Part shown: in pieces, positions 26,818 to 35,772 of the stretch | Position numbering within the stretch: the stretch's first letter is position 1 | How the letters are laid out: each line of letters opens with the position of its first letter | From: a virus | Lineage: Duplodnaviria > Caudoviricetes | Reading direction: 5' to 3' (one strand) | DNA: 52,593 bases | IMG/VR virus record: IMGVR_UViG_3300017747_004549 | Coordinates: 1 to 52,593 of that record | Made by a program: the position numbers and the translations under genes | The notes under the pieces: model-generated | Database searches by the model: none | What the model saw: the letters and a program-made list of their open reading frames with translations, nothing else | What the model was told of the DNA's origin: nothing

Positions 26818-27900
26818 TTACGGCGTCACGTCCGCGATGAACAAGCAAGAGGGATTGTAAAGCGCCGGGATCCCGTTCATCACGCCGGCGAGCTCATACC
26901 CGGCCGGCTTCGTTGTCGGTTCCGCCCAGAAGTAAGCGCCGAACCGCTCCGTCGGCGTCGCGCCCGGATATTCGACCACGACTTCGGAGCCTTGCATGTA
27001 CTGAACCCAGCTCGAATCTGGCTGAGGGGTGAACAAAACCAGATCGTCGCTGAACAGTGCCGTTGTCGTGCCGTCCAGATCGACAACCCCGTTCGTCACG
27101 TGCCACGTGAGCCAGGGGATTGCCGTCAGCACGTACACAAAATCGTTATCGCCCATCCGCTCGTAACGATCCCAAGGGCGATTTACCGAACCGGCGAGCG
27201 ATCGGATCTTGTCGTTGTTCAAAATGTAATTCATCCGCGTCGCATTGCACCACGCATGACGGATCGGGCGGCCGGTCAGCACTTCCGACGCCTTATCGAT
27301 GTTCGATACGTGCAACGGGATATCGGTGCTCGCCGTGTTCCACGTCACCGAAATAATATCGCCGGTCCCCAGCGCGTCGAGCTGATCCTTGTTGCCGGCC
27401 GGAACCTGGAAGTCGATCGACAAGCTTCCGGACGTGAGCGACGGGATCAGCCGGTCACCCGTGCGGGTGTACCAGTATTTTCCGCGCGTCATGCCGAGAA
27501 ACTGAAATTCCCGATGGTTCACCGCGCGCTGCGCCAAGTAGGCTTCCTGTCGGGTAATGTAGCTTTCCCCGGCAATATCGGGATTCAGCGAACCGACTTG
27601 CCGCATATTGTGAATTTTTTCGTACAACAGCGGAATCGATTCATGCCAGCGCGGGAACTCGCCGGTAACGTTGCCGACGGGATTCGGCGCGATCCGGTTT
27701 GGCGGAGTGCCAGGGGCGCGACCCTCGCCGACGGCCCGCGAATCGTTGTAGATATCCCAGGAGAAGTAACGGCCGCTGCGCGTTTCCGTGCCGCCGCCGC
27801 CGATGAAAAAATTCTGCAACCGATCGTTGATAACGTTGAGCTGCGAAATCGTTTGATTGATCGCGCCCGGCTGCAAAATGGTTGGAAGTGCAACAGTCAT
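26818..27900 (-). CDS. Major capsid protein (lambda gpE-like)
   Basis: About 360 aa from MTVALP; IDFQVPAGNK and TWN.....IP motifs; lies after protease and decoration genes and before a terminator. Confidence 0.8.
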   Translation of the reverse strand: MTVALPTILQPGAINQTISQLNVINDRLQNFFIGGGGTETRSGRYFSWDIYNDSRAVGEGRAPGTPPNRIAPNPVGNVTGEFPRWHESIPLLYEKIHNMRQVGSLNPDIAGESYITRQEAYLAQRAVNHREFQFLGMTRGKYWYTRTGDRLIPSLTSGSLSIDFQVPAGNKDQLDALGTGDIISVTWNTASTDIPLHVSNIDKASEVLTGRPIRHAWCNATRMNYILNNDKIRSLAGSVNRPWDRYERMGDNDFVYVLTAIPWLTWHVTNGVVDLDGTTTALFSDDLVLFTPQPDSSWVQYMQGSEVVVEYPGATPTERFGAYFWAEPTTKPAGYELAGVMNGIPALYNPSCLFIADVTP

Positions 27901-28011
27901 TTGTAAACTCTCTTGAAATTGTCGCGGATAAAGTTTGCAGCGAAGGGAGCGAAGCAAGGCTGCCGGCGGATCCGGCCCCGCTGAAAAACCGGATCCGCCG
28001 GAGCTGTTTTG

Positions 28012-28797
28012 TTACGTCAGCGTAACCGCGGCAGTACCGGCGGAAACGTTTTCAATGATCCACTTATCGCCCGCGGCGTTGCTGTAGACGATCGCGGCCG
28101 CGCCGATCATCTGGGACGCCGTTTGAAACGTGTAAGTGCTCGCCGCGGCGTCGTGAAGGGCGACAATGTTGTTTCCCTCCGCGCTCGCGATCCCCATCGC
28201 GGCATTCACTTCGGAACGGAACTTGAACCGATAGCCCTTACCGATCGCCGGCAACGTGAAGACGCCGGTCGCCGTCGTCAACACAAATTCGGTAAAGTTG
28301 TCGGCCGCTACCACCGTGTAATTGGTGATCTTCGTCACTTCCCGCAACCAGCCGCCGCCCCAGTCGTATCCCGGAACCGCGTCGTCGAAAACGAACCGCT
28401 TGGCGAGCTGCCGGCGGGCGTTTGCGTCCAGCCCGTAAAGCTTCGACGCCATCAACAGACCGCCGACCATGACCAGCCCGCCCGGCTTGTCTTCAACGAC
28501 ACCCGTCACAAGGTTGAGCATATTGATCGTTTCGACCAGCACGCCCCGCGCGACTTCGCGGCCGTCGGTTTGCGTGACGTCATACTCCGCCCATTTGCCG
28601 GTCGCCGTCACTTGCCCCAGGACCAGCCCGGCGCGTAGGACAGAAGTCGGGGTCGCCCCGGCGTCGATCGCCGTCGAAACGATCAGGGGATTGGCGTCGA
28701 AAATCCGGAGATTTTCGTGCCCCCACCAAAATTGGTTTTCCGCCGAAAATCGGCTCGCCGAAATTCCCGGCCCGCCGCCAACGTTGAAACGTCCCAT
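28012..28797 (-). CDS. Head decoration protein with a C-terminal extension
   Basis: LRAGLVLG.VTATGK..EYD....DG...A.GVL, lambda gpD-like; added NYTVVAADN...FTLP domain. Confidence 0.75.
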   Translation of the reverse strand: MGRFNVGGGPGISASRFSAENQFWWGHENLRIFDANPLIVSTAIDAGATPTSVLRAGLVLGQVTATGKWAEYDVTQTDGREVARGVLVETINMLNLVTGVVEDKPGGLVMVGGLLMASKLYGLDANARRQLAKRFVFDDAVPGYDWGGGWLREVTKITNYTVVAADNFTEFVLTTATGVFTLPAIGKGYRFKFRSEVNAAMGIASAEGNNIVALHDAAASTYTFQTASQMIGAAAIVYSNAAGDKWIIENVSAGTAAVTLT

Positions 28798-28856
28798 TGT
28801 CTGAACCCCTCGAAAAATTGTGCTGCTGAAAAATTGGCGGACCGAAACCGGGAAGC

Positions 28857-30614
28857 TTAGGCGCGGCTTGCTTCCGTCGCGTTGATTGAAATCCGTTGCC
28901 GCGAAACTTGCTTGGCCGATCCGTCGGCGTTCATGCTGGATCCGTGCCCAGTCCGTTCGAGCACGCTGTTAGCGAATTGGATCGCCTCTTTCGAGCCGGC
29001 GACGATCTGTTCCGGCTTGCCCATCGTGTACCGCTCGCCGGCCGGATGCTCCGGCGTGACGATCGCGCCGGATAGTTGTTGGTAAGCTTTCGACTGATCG
29101 ACAAACAGCGCGCCGAGCGACTGGCCCGCGGCTTCGTACTGCGCGACCAGCCCGGACAGCGAAACACCCCCGGCGGCGACTTCCTTCCCGTCGGCGCTGA
29201 ACTGAACCGCGCCGACCTTCGCCAGCAAGTTGTCCGCGATCCCCGGCGGGATCGCCTGAGCTTCTTTGAGCCGGCGGATCCGCTCGACCAGATTCGCCTG
29301 GGGCGATCCGCTCGAAAACTGAACCGCTTGATCTTCGTACATTGCCAGCAGATCGCCGATCGTCATCGCGCCCGGCAGTCGCTTTTCCGTGCCGCCGCTG
29401 AACTGGACAGCGCCGGCGTTGACAAGCAACGTTTCGCGCATCGCGGGCGGCAGTTGCTTGCAGCCCTTGATACGTGCGACCAGCGCGGCGCGAGCCGCGG
29501 CGTCGTCAACCGGGAGCGTGGGCTTGCCGCCCGACATTTGCGAACTATTCATCGGCGAAAACTCCTGCGCTTTCCCGCCGCCGCCAGGACCGCCGCCGGG
29601 CGTCGCTTGCGCGGCGTCTTCGGCTTCGTTCATTGCGTCGGCTTCGTTTAGCGTCATAAATGCGGTGAGCAACCGCGAAACCAGATTGTCGAGCGTCGTA
29701 TCCGCGGGCATAACGATCCCGCGGCGTTTTGCGTGAGCCAACAGCGCCTCGAGTTGCATCGCGTCGCCGTCTGCGCCTTGCGGCATATCGGGATTGCTGG
29801 GCGGAGCGTTGGCGATTGGCGGCATTCCGCCGCCGCCGGCCCCGGCGTCGTTCCCCCCGGCCGGATTCCCGGCGGGTCGATTATCGGCCCCCGGCCGGGG
29901 ATCTTTGTCGTCGTCTTCGCGCTCTTCGTCGTCGTTTCCGAACGCGAGCTGTACAGCGATCGTCCGCAAAAATTGTTGATCGGCTGCCGACAGGCTGCCG
30001 GGCTTGCGGGTCTTGATTGGCGTCGTTTTCACGTGCGGACCTTTGATTAGATCGGCCGCCGACAGTTGCAACGTTTGCCCGTTCAGCCGACCGAAAGGGA
30101 CAGAGGACAGTTGAGCGAATCCCGGGCGCTGATCGGTTTGGATCGGGTGGTGAGTCAGGGCGATATGCGAAACCATTTCGGGAAACACGTTGCCCGTCCG
30201 CGGATCTTCCCAATAGTGCCGCAGCTCCGGCGAAACAAATTCGATCGAGCCGCTCGCGAGCTGCGCGGCCGCGTGGGGATCCCCGATTTCGAGAACCACG
30301 TCCAGCCCGCCATTGGCGTTGATAACACAGCTCCGCGAATCGTCGGCGCAAGTTTTTCCGACAGTGAGCGGCATCAGATCGTTGGCGTCGAGCTCTTGAG
30401 CCGGAGCCGGGACGCCCTCGATTTGACCGGGAGCCGGATCGACGTGCTCGTAAATAACGGGAGCGCGGAGCCCCGCGGCGTGCAAACTGATTAGGCTTTC
30501 GCGGCGCTTGGCAACGTCTTCGGCCGTGACAACGATCCGCTTCCCGTGCTTGAAATAGATCCCGGGCCTCAAGATTTCCTTGACGAACCGCGCGGGATTG
30601 ATCGTTGCTGGCAT
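28857..30614 (-). CDS. Prohead protease-scaffold fusion (Mu gpI-like)
   Basis: EILRPG.Y, PVIYEH, FVSPEL and HIALTHHP, then a low-complexity helical scaffold. Confidence 0.75.
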   Translation of the reverse strand: MPATINPARFVKEILRPGIYFKHGKRIVVTAEDVAKRRESLISLHAAGLRAPVIYEHVDPAPGQIEGVPAPAQELDANDLMPLTVGKTCADDSRSCVINANGGLDVVLEIGDPHAAAQLASGSIEFVSPELRHYWEDPRTGNVFPEMVSHIALTHHPIQTDQRPGFAQLSSVPFGRLNGQTLQLSAADLIKGPHVKTTPIKTRKPGSLSAADQQFLRTIAVQLAFGNDDEEREDDDKDPRPGADNRPAGNPAGGNDAGAGGGGMPPIANAPPSNPDMPQGADGDAMQLEALLAHAKRRGIVMPADTTLDNLVSRLLTAFMTLNEADAMNEAEDAAQATPGGGPGGGGKAQEFSPMNSSQMSGGKPTLPVDDAAARAALVARIKGCKQLPPAMRETLLVNAGAVQFSGGTEKRLPGAMTIGDLLAMYEDQAVQFSSGSPQANLVERIRRLKEAQAIPPGIADNLLAKVGAVQFSADGKEVAAGGVSLSGLVAQYEAAGQSLGALFVDQSKAYQQLSGAIVTPEHPAGERYTMGKPEQIVAGSKEAIQFANSVLERTGHGSSMNADGSAKQVSRQRISINATEASRA

Positions 30615-30666
30615 CGGGCCATCCCTGAAAAATTGAAACTACTTCCCAAAAGCTTATCGGGCACAA

Positions 30667-30696
30667 TTGAGAAAACAAGAGCCTGGGGCGTATGAT
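30667..30696 (+). promoter_or_regulatory. Possible sigma70 promoter for the plus-strand operon
   Basis: TTGAGA-18-TATGAT in the divergent AT-rich gap. Confidence 0.35.
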
Positions 30697-30741
30697 GCTC
30701 CGGATCTGCAATTTTTCCAACCCGCGCGGGAGTTATGCGAA

Positions 30742-32121
30742 ATGGCCATGAATTACATTACTTCGCCCAACGGCTTGTTCATTCAACTGGGCGCGATCGC
30801 GAAGCAGTACTTCTTACAGAAGACCGACGCCACGGACCTTGATACTGACCTTTCCGCGATCCTGAACACGTTTGAGGCAATGACCAGCGGCGCGCCGGCG
30901 CTCATGGTTGAGGGATTCGCAACCAGTGTGGAAGCTTGGAAAGCGCAGCACACCGCGCGGCGGGATACCCTCGCGACCCTCGCGGAAACTCGCTTGCAAG
31001 ATCGCGTCACCGTGTTAGATGAACTGGGATTGACCTCGACCGAAATCGCCGACGTGCTCCGCGCGCTGATTATCAAAATGCGCGAAGACACCGAGAGCGT
31101 TGACGCCTCAGTCGTGACGATCGGAGCTGTCTCCGCCGCGGCGAGCAACACCGGCGACGGCACCGTCTTAACGACGGCTTACCTTGACGGCGTTACGTCG
31201 CCGGGATCCGGAGCGGCCGGCGTCTTCGCCGCGCATCCCGACTACAACGGCCAGCTAACGCAGCTCGCCGTTCCGTCTGAGACAATGCGGATCGTCTGCA
31301 ATTCGGACAGCTTCGCCGATGGCGAAACAGAGGGCGACGAAGTCTTCGCCTGGTCCGGCCGGCTTGCCGATGTTCAGTATGGCTACGCGAGCGAAGGCAC
31401 CGGCGACGTTGGAACGTTGACGCCCATCAACGGCGTTCAGGCTAACATCCTGAGTAATGCCGATTTTGAAACCTGGGAATCCGATGAACCGACGGGCTGG
31501 ACGATCGTCGCCGGAACCGCCGCAACCCATATCGTGCAAGAGGCAACCGGCGCGGACGTTTACCACGGCACTTATTCGCTTCGCTACGATGGCGACGGCG
31601 CGCAGGCTAATATCGAAATTTCGCAGGCTGTCTCGCCCACAGTCTTGACGGCCGGCAAGCGCTATTGCGTCGCGTGCCGAATCAAGGCAAGCGCGACGAT
31701 CGCGGCCGGGGATCTGCTGATTTCCTTTGAGGGAACAGGATACACCGCGGCGAGCTCCGAAAAAATCGCGATCGCGCCGGGATCGCTGCCGACGGCCTGG
31801 GCGCTTCATCATTTTTTCATCAACCTTCCCGACGTGATCCCGTCGGATTGGGAGCTGGTGATTCGCTGGAACGGGACGCCGACAAACGCGAAATCTCTTT
31901 GGATCGACGACCTAGCTTTCGGGCCCGTCACCTATGGCGGCGGCGTCGGCGCTGTCATCGTCCGCGGCGCGACGCCGTTTATCCGGGACGACTATTTCAC
32001 CTTCACCGTAGCGAACAACGACGCCGGGACGTTTCAAAGATTTTTCCGCGAGCTGTTCGGGGTACAATTACCGAGCGACGCCGGCGGAACCGAAACAATT
32101 GACGACGCGCTCGCGTCGTAG
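30742..32121 (+). CDS. Putative virion protein with a CBM4/9-like carbohydrate-binding domain
   Basis: NILSNADFETW....P.GW, G.YSL, L.AGKRY and LWIDD motifs. Confidence 0.65.
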   Translation: MAMNYITSPNGLFIQLGAIAKQYFLQKTDATDLDTDLSAILNTFEAMTSGAPALMVEGFATSVEAWKAQHTARRDTLATLAETRLQDRVTVLDELGLTSTEIADVLRALIIKMREDTESVDASVVTIGAVSAAASNTGDGTVLTTAYLDGVTSPGSGAAGVFAAHPDYNGQLTQLAVPSETMRIVCNSDSFADGETEGDEVFAWSGRLADVQYGYASEGTGDVGTLTPINGVQANILSNADFETWESDEPTGWTIVAGTAATHIVQEATGADVYHGTYSLRYDGDGAQANIEISQAVSPTVLTAGKRYCVACRIKASATIAAGDLLISFEGTGYTAASSEKIAIAPGSLPTAWALHHFFINLPDVIPSDWELVIRWNGTPTNAKSLWIDDLAFGPVTYGGGVGAVIVRGATPFIRDDYFTFTVANNDAGTFQRFFRELFGVQLPSDAGGTETIDDALAS

Positions 32122-32155
32122 CGCCCGGCGTTCCCGTTTTAACTGGGGGCATGAA

Positions 32156-32557
32156 ATGAACGATGTTCGGACAATCTTAATCGTCGCGATCTTGTCGATC
32201 GCCGGAACCGCGGCCGTAACGATGAACTGGGGCGACAATCGCGGCGGCCGCAACCCGCCCGGCTGTGAGTGCTCGCCGGAGTGCAATTGCCCGGAGTGCC
32301 ATTGCGGGGATCATGGGCTCGACAGTCGATCGCCGGCCGTTCAGCAATGGCCCGCCGGCGCGACAAACTTTCGCAACGTCGGGAGCGGGTGGTGGATCTT
32401 CGACGCCGAGATTGGCGGCCGATCGCGAACGTTTTTGAGCGGCCGCGGCGGATTGATCGAGCTCGACAACGTCCCGCCGGGATCCCCGACGCCCGGCCGG
32501 CCGCCAGGATCCGCCGGAGCTCCGCCACCGGCAGCGCCGGCACCCGTCACGAAATAG
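32156..32557 (+). CDS. Exported or membrane protein with a Cys cluster
   Basis: N-terminal hydrophobic stretch; CECSPECNCPECHC; Pro-rich tail. Confidence 0.6.
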   Translation: MNDVRTILIVAILSIAGTAAVTMNWGDNRGGRNPPGCECSPECNCPECHCGDHGLDSRSPAVQQWPAGATNFRNVGSGWWIFDAEIGGRSRTFLSGRGGLIELDNVPPGSPTPGRPPGSAGAPPPAAPAPVTK

Positions 32558-32580
32558 GGCCCCGATGGGCGACTGCGGGA

Positions 32581-32669
32581 TCCCCCGGGCGTGTCTGCGT
32601 GGAATCGCCCGGGGGATTTTTTTGCGCAAATAGAAAGCCCCCGGACCGCTTCCGACAATCCGGGGGCTT
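32581..32669. terminator. Back-to-back terminators between convergent operons
   Basis: TCCCCCGGGCG..CGCCCGGGGGA-T7 on plus; AAGCCCCCGGA..TCCGGGGGCTTT on minus. Confidence 0.8.
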
Positions 32670-32728
32670 ATTCGCTGGGGCTGAATCCAGCAAGCTTGCG
32701 TGATCCTATCACGCCGCGGCCGAAAATT

Positions 32729-33130
32729 TCAAGCCCCCGCCGTCGCCGGCTGCTTTTGGCGTTGCTGTCTCTTGCCGCCGCCCTTCGATTCGGGCCCGTC
32801 GTCTTCGACGGCCGGCGGAGCGACGCCCAGCAGCGCAGCCAGGGCGGCATGCTGCCGGCGCGACAGCCCGTCGCGACTGGCCTCGAGGATCGCTTGCCGC
32901 TCTTGCATCACGTCGCCCGCGCCGACTTCGACGCCGACGGCCTCGCGAGCGATCGCGAGCGTTTGCCGGATCATCCGGATACATTCGTCGCGCCAGTGCG
33001 AATCCGGCAGCCCCTGGTGAACGACGGCCGCGAAGCCCGTCGCCGCTTGGCGGATCGCGGCGAGCCGCTCCGCTTGCTCGACAGTCAACGGTGTTTCCTG
33101 AAACGACTTCAACAGCTCGACAATTTGCAC
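32729..33130 (-). CDS. Helical protein loosely resembling the Acb2/Tad1 hairpin fold
   Basis: F....T.EQ.ER...IR.AA..FA.......PDS spacing; GGAG RBS. Confidence 0.4.
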   Translation of the reverse strand: MQIVELLKSFQETPLTVEQAERLAAIRQAATGFAAVVHQGLPDSHWRDECIRMIRQTLAIAREAVGVEVGAGDVMQERQAILEASRDGLSRRQHAALAALLGVAPPAVEDDGPESKGGGKRQQRQKQPATAGA

Positions 33131-33151
33131 GTGAGAAACTCCGGCGGCCCG

Positions 33152-33817
33152 TTAGACTAGATCGCTTCCAAATATCGCCCCCAGGCGATCGCGAAACAAG
33201 GGCGCGGCTGCCCACAGCTCGCCGTCGGGCAAGAGCTCCGCCCGACGGTAGTCGCCGGCGATTGCGTAACCGTGCCGGAGCATGAACCGGCATAAATCGC
33301 GTTCAAGAGCGACGTGCCGAGTGCACTCGAAAGCCGCGGCGAGAATGCCGGCCGGGGATCCCTCGCGGATCATATCCGGCAGCGCGGCGCTGTCGAGCAT
33401 CTTCCCGCCGGCCGCCTGGATCCCCAGCGTCGCGACCGCTGTCGCGTCCAGATTTGTGCCGGCCCCCGTCGCTCCGCCGTTCGGATTCAGCCCCAGCCCC
33501 GACATAAGCAACCGACGCGCGTCGAGAATTAGCGAATTTCCGCGCAGCCAGGAAGCTTGCGAGCTCGCCGGCCAGTCGCGCTTGTCAATCCCATAAATAA
33601 CGGGAAGATCGAAAGCCCAGATATTAAACCCGGCGACAATGTCCGCCCATCGGATTCGATCCTTTAGCGCTTCGACGTCGTCTTGCCCGTAGCACGTGAA
33701 CCGATCGCGGCGGGATTCATAAACGACAGCGACGCCGACGCCCAGTCCAGAAGTAGCCCAGCCGATCGCGCTGGGATTATTGAGCGTTTCAACGTCGAGA
33801 ACAATTGCGTCGATCAT
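33152..33817 (-). CDS. DEDD / RNase H-like (YprB-type) exonuclease homologue
   Basis: VLDVET, GFNIWAFDLP and LDATA.ATLG; ExoIII motif atypical. Confidence 0.75.
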   Translation of the reverse strand: MIDAIVLDVETLNNPSAIGWATSGLGVGVAVVYESRRDRFTCYGQDDVEALKDRIRWADIVAGFNIWAFDLPVIYGIDKRDWPASSQASWLRGNSLILDARRLLMSGLGLNPNGGATGAGTNLDATAVATLGIQAAGGKMLDSAALPDMIREGSPAGILAAAFECTRHVALERDLCRFMLRHGYAIAGDYRRAELLPDGELWAAAPLFRDRLGAIFGSDLV

Positions 33818-33948
33818 GTTCGCTTGACCCTAAAGAGCATCCCGGGCGGATCCGGCGGATCGAATGGGCCCCAAGCAATGAAAACTTCGTAAGCTTCCGG
33901 CGTGAGCCCGTCGTGACAAACGCCCAAACAGAGTTGCAACAAGATCAT
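33814..33948 (-). CDS. Small hypothetical protein (MILLQL)
   Basis: ATGA overlaps at both ends. Confidence 0.35.
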   Translation of the reverse strand: MILLQLCLGVCHDGLTPEAYEVFIAWGPFDPPDPPGMLFRVKRT

Positions 33949-34106
33949 CCGACACCCCAGAGCGCCAACACAACCCCGAAGTGCCCCCAGTGATCCCCGG
34001 GGATCGCGGGGATCAGATCGCAAGCGCCGGCGGCGCTTGTTTGCAGCTCCCAGGCGATCGGGTCGAACTCGATCGCCGACCCCAGCGGGAAAATATACCT
34101 TGCCAT
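33945..34106 (-). CDS. 53 aa hypothetical protein, absent from the ORF track
   Basis: AAGGCTGAACAATG start motif; hand translation MARYIFPLGS...LALWGVG. Confidence 0.45.
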   Translation of the reverse strand: MARYIFPLGSAIEFDPIAWELQTSAAGACDLIPAIPGDHWGHFGVVLALWGVG

Positions 34107-34221
34107 TGTTCAGCCTTAGAAAAACGGCCGCCCGGCCGAGTCTGCTTAATGAAGGCAGAGAGGACCGGAGCGACCTACACTAGCCCGCGGCGGATCCGCT
34201 CGCTTGCTGTTCCCGATAGTA

Positions 34222-35772
34222 TCACGCCCCCAGGTCAAAAACAATATCGCCGATCAGCCGGCCGTCCACTTTGAGCATCGCCGCATAACTTAGCGTGTCG
34301 AGCTGATCGCAAACCTCGTCGCTTGTCCCTTGCCACGTGAAGAGCTCCGCCTCGAGCGCCGGCAGCCAGGGCGCATAGTCCGGCAGGAAAAGACGCCCTT
34401 CGCTCGACTCATGGGTAGCATCGGCCGCGCGGACTAGCTTGTCCTTTCCTTCCGTCGTGATCCCGACAACCGGGAGCCGCAGGCTTTGCAAGTGCTGAAA
34501 ATAGGGGCGGCCGATCCCGTCCTTCTCGACAAAAATCGCCCGCGGCCGTTGCTGTTCATTCACGCCGCAAACCATCTTGACCACGTCGGGGAACTCGCCT
34601 TGAATCCGATCGACAGCCCGCCAGAACATGAACCCGGGCCCCGTCGTCACAATGTCCCAGGTGCTCGCGACTGACCAGGAAGGATCTTTCTTTTTCTTGG
34701 CGATCGCGTTTTGCTCGCGCTCCGTACCGGCGGGGTCGAAAGTCACGAACCGATAGCATTCCCTTTCGTGAAAAACTTTCCAGATCGACCCGTCCCGGTT
34801 TGCGATCTTGTAATATCCCGCAAGCCCGGGATCGTATCCCGGATGCCTGAACCGCCGCTCGAACCACTCCGGCTTATATCGGCCGGCGGCGCTAATTACC
34901 CAATTGCCCGCCATGAGTTGTTCGCGCGTGACAACGTCGAGCTGCCGGAGCCCGCCGCGATATTCCTTCGCGTCGAGCGACGGATTGTCGCGCAGCTTCG
35001 CCGGAACGAACACGCGCCGGCATTGATCGACCTCGCCAGTTTCGGGATCCGCGTAAGAATCATCGCGCAGAAACGCCGGCGGATTTGTGCCGCTCAAAAT
35101 CGCTTTCGCATAGTCGAGCGACATGAACCGATCGCGCAAAAAGTTATGCAGGACGCCGCCCGGATTGCCGGCTCCGCGCATCCGTAGCGGGATCGCAGGA
35201 AGCCCGGCTTCCGCTTTCAGTCGCCGGAGTCGCGAAAACATATAAAGATATTGCCGCGCGGCAAATTGCCCCAGCTCATCGAATCCAATGAAGTGCCAAG
35301 CGCCGCCTTGATATTGCCGCTCTTCGTCGCCGACGTTGTTCGCGTGCCCAAACTCACAAGTCGCGCCGCTGGGGAACGTGAACCGCTTTCCCTTCGCGGC
35401 GTAGGTGATGCCGGATCCCGGCCGGAGCCACCACGACTTCGCGCGGTCGAGGATCGCTTCGCTCCGCTCTAAGTCTACCGAGCTCCGCCGCAGGATCAGC
35501 CCGCGATAGTGGGGAAGGTCGATGAACTGTAGGAAAGCCATCAAGATCAGATCGCTTTTGCCGCCGCCGGCCGCCCCGCCGTAGAACAATTCGCGATCGT
35601 CAAACGACAGGCAAAAATTTTGCTTCGCGTGCGGGACGTGCGGACAGAACCGCGGGTCAATCCGCGGCCCCAGCAATTGATTCAGCCGCTCGCGCTCGTG
35701 CGGCTTCAAGTAGGGCCAGAGCGTCGTCAATTCGGCCGGCGTGGGTAAGCGGGATAAAGGGCTTGCGATCAT
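34222..35772 (-). CDS. terL: Terminase large subunit
   Basis: FYGGAAGGGKS Walker A, FIGFDE Walker B, GNPGG, FDPA and DQLDTLSYA nuclease motifs. Confidence 0.95.
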   Translation of the reverse strand: MIASPLSRLPTPAELTTLWPYLKPHERERLNQLLGPRIDPRFCPHVPHAKQNFCLSFDDRELFYGGAAGGGKSDLILMAFLQFIDLPHYRGLILRRSSVDLERSEAILDRAKSWWLRPGSGITYAAKGKRFTFPSGATCEFGHANNVGDEERQYQGGAWHFIGFDELGQFAARQYLYMFSRLRRLKAEAGLPAIPLRMRGAGNPGGVLHNFLRDRFMSLDYAKAILSGTNPPAFLRDDSYADPETGEVDQCRRVFVPAKLRDNPSLDAKEYRGGLRQLDVVTREQLMAGNWVISAAGRYKPEWFERRFRHPGYDPGLAGYYKIANRDGSIWKVFHERECYRFVTFDPAGTEREQNAIAKKKKDPSWSVASTWDIVTTGPGFMFWRAVDRIQGEFPDVVKMVCGVNEQQRPRAIFVEKDGIGRPYFQHLQSLRLPVVGITTEGKDKLVRAADATHESSEGRLFLPDYAPWLPALEAELFTWQGTSDEVCDQLDTLSYAAMLKVDGRLIGDIVFDLGA

